A stretch of 64,000 nt of DNA from the human T2T-CHM13v2.0 reference genome, Homo sapiens. The stretch lies in the NCBI RefSeq assembly GCF_009914755.1, contig NC_060925.1. The stretch is one strand, 5' to 3'. How positions within the stretch are numbered: position 1 is the stretch's first letter; every line of letters begins with the position of its first letter. A program made the position numbers and the translations under genes. The notes below the pieces were generated by a model that searched no databases, was not told the origin of the DNA, and worked only from the letters and a program-made list of their open reading frames with translations. Shown one piece after another: positions 62,686 to 64,000 of this stretch.

Positions 62686-62914
62686 ATATATATAATATAT
62701 ATACACGTGTATATATATTATACACATATATACATGTATACACGTATACATGTATACATGTATATACGTGTATACACGTATATATAATATATATACAAAC
62801 ACATGAATATATATAATATATATACGTGTATATACATACGTGTATATATATAATACGTGTATATACATAATATACTATATATAACACGTGTATATATATA
62901 TTATATATATATAT
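62682..62914. repeat. Imperfect (TA)n / TACACGTGTA simple repeat
   Basis: Direct reading. Confidence 0.93.
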
Positions 62915-62925
62915 TTTTCTTTTTT

Positions 62926-63734
62926 AAGTGGCGGAGCGAGGGCTACTGCACAGCTAGCAGAGTCGTGGCGAGGAGGACAGCACCTGCATCGAGCTCTCCG
63001 CCTCCCCCACCCGCCAGCCCAGGCGGCCCCAGCAGCAGTGACCAGAAGAGCCCCTGCAGCAACGCAACGGCCAGGTGGACACCTCCATCTACAGCCTCGT
63101 GGCGGACGGGACCTGTTAGGACACGGCCATTGTGGGCAACAAGGACCCACCTTCCATCTGGGCCGCCGTCCCAGGGAAAACCTTCCTCAACATCACGCCA
63201 GCTGAGGTTGGTGTCCTGGTTGGCAAAGACTGGTCAAGCTTTGTCATGAATGGGCTGACACTGGGGGGCCAGAAATATACTGTGGTCCTGGACTCACTGC
63301 TGCAGGATGGGGAATTGACCACGGATCTTCGTATGAAGAGCATCGGTGGAGCCCCCACCTTCAACGTCATTGTCACCATGACTGCCAAGACGCTAGGCCT
63401 GCTGATGGGCAAAGAAGGTATCCATGGCAATTTCATCAGCAAGTAATGTTATGAAATGGCCTCCCACCTTCAGCGTTCCCAGTACTGACCTGCTTTGTTC
63501 CTTCCACTCCACCGCTCCCCACAGCTTTGCCTGCCTTTCCTTCACATACACACACCATTTTAATTTCAGGAGTCATTACCCCACACACCTTATTGCTGCC
63601 AAAACCACATGGGCTGGGGGCCAGGGATAGATGGACAGACACCTTCCCCCACCCATACCCCTCCTGTGTGTGGCTGGAAAACTTTTTTGTTTTGATGGAT
63701 TTCTTATGAATAAAAAAGATTCTACTAAAAAAAA
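62926..63734 (+). pseudogene. PFN1P: Processed profilin-1 pseudogene (PFN1P family)
   Basis: Intronless PFN1-like ([24 protein letters not shown]...LLMGKEG; ends ...cagtactga at 63488). Start ATG>ACG at 63067, stops TAG at 63117 and TAA at 63444, GC-rich 5'UTR, AATAAA at 63709 and an A-tail. Confidence 0.93.
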
Positions 63735-64000
63735 TGAATAACTGTACATATGTGGGCATATTGTTTGAATCTGTATTCTTTCACTTTGATATATTTATGA
63801 ATACTTACACCATTACTACTGTTTTAAAATTACTGTAGCTTTAAAATCAGGTTTGAAATCTAGCAGAGTAAGTCCTCCAACTTATTGCTTCTTCAAGACC
63901 GACTTGCTTATTCTAGGTTCTTTGATTTTCAAATACATTTTGAAACTAGCTTTCAAATTTCTCTAAAATCTCCTACTAGAAATATTAATCAGAATTGTGT

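Larger units (their letters stand above)
61650..64000 (-). mobile_element. Old L1M-type fragments (~61650-62490 and ~63735-64000) interrupted by the PFN1 retrocopy
   Basis: AT-rich, diverged antisense-L1-like motifs (gagttctttatatattttgaat; ttctaggttctttgattttc). Boundaries are approximate. Confidence 0.55.

Noticed and set aside
63132-63446. 104-aa profilin-like ORF as a functional retrogene
   Set aside because: The native ATG is lost, there is an upstream stop, the ORF starts at GTG, and a premature TAA removes the C-terminal helix.

Overview
Primate (almost certainly human 1q21) DNA holding most of one minus-strand NBPF gene (Olduvai/DUF1220 domains). The architecture best fits NBPF14, but that paralog assignment is from memory. 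Read right to left (5'->3'): a PFN1 processed pseudogene nested in old L1 (62.5-63.7 kb); two tandem ~5 kb coiled-coil+CON1 cassettes (49.3-60.7 kb, ATG at 60587); a CON2 domain split by an intronic L1 (44.0-48.1 kb); then a ~43 kb array of 27 HLS domains ordered as 5 triplets, 3 doublets and 2 triplets, running off the left edge. All exons checked have GT-AG ends and splice into one open frame of about 2,815 codons. The NBPF/Olduvai system is already known. The less obvious points are: (1) three exact 3,183-bp doublets lacking one monomer, with a mappable crossover and a hybrid HLS1/HLS2 domain; (2) the polybasic furin/NLS-like motif is an out-of-frame copy of the acidic EGEEDQ-coding DNA; (3) SNP patterns record conversion and unit ancestry; (4) an L1 truncated at both ends but flanked by a TSD, containing a nested L1 with a short 3' transduction.
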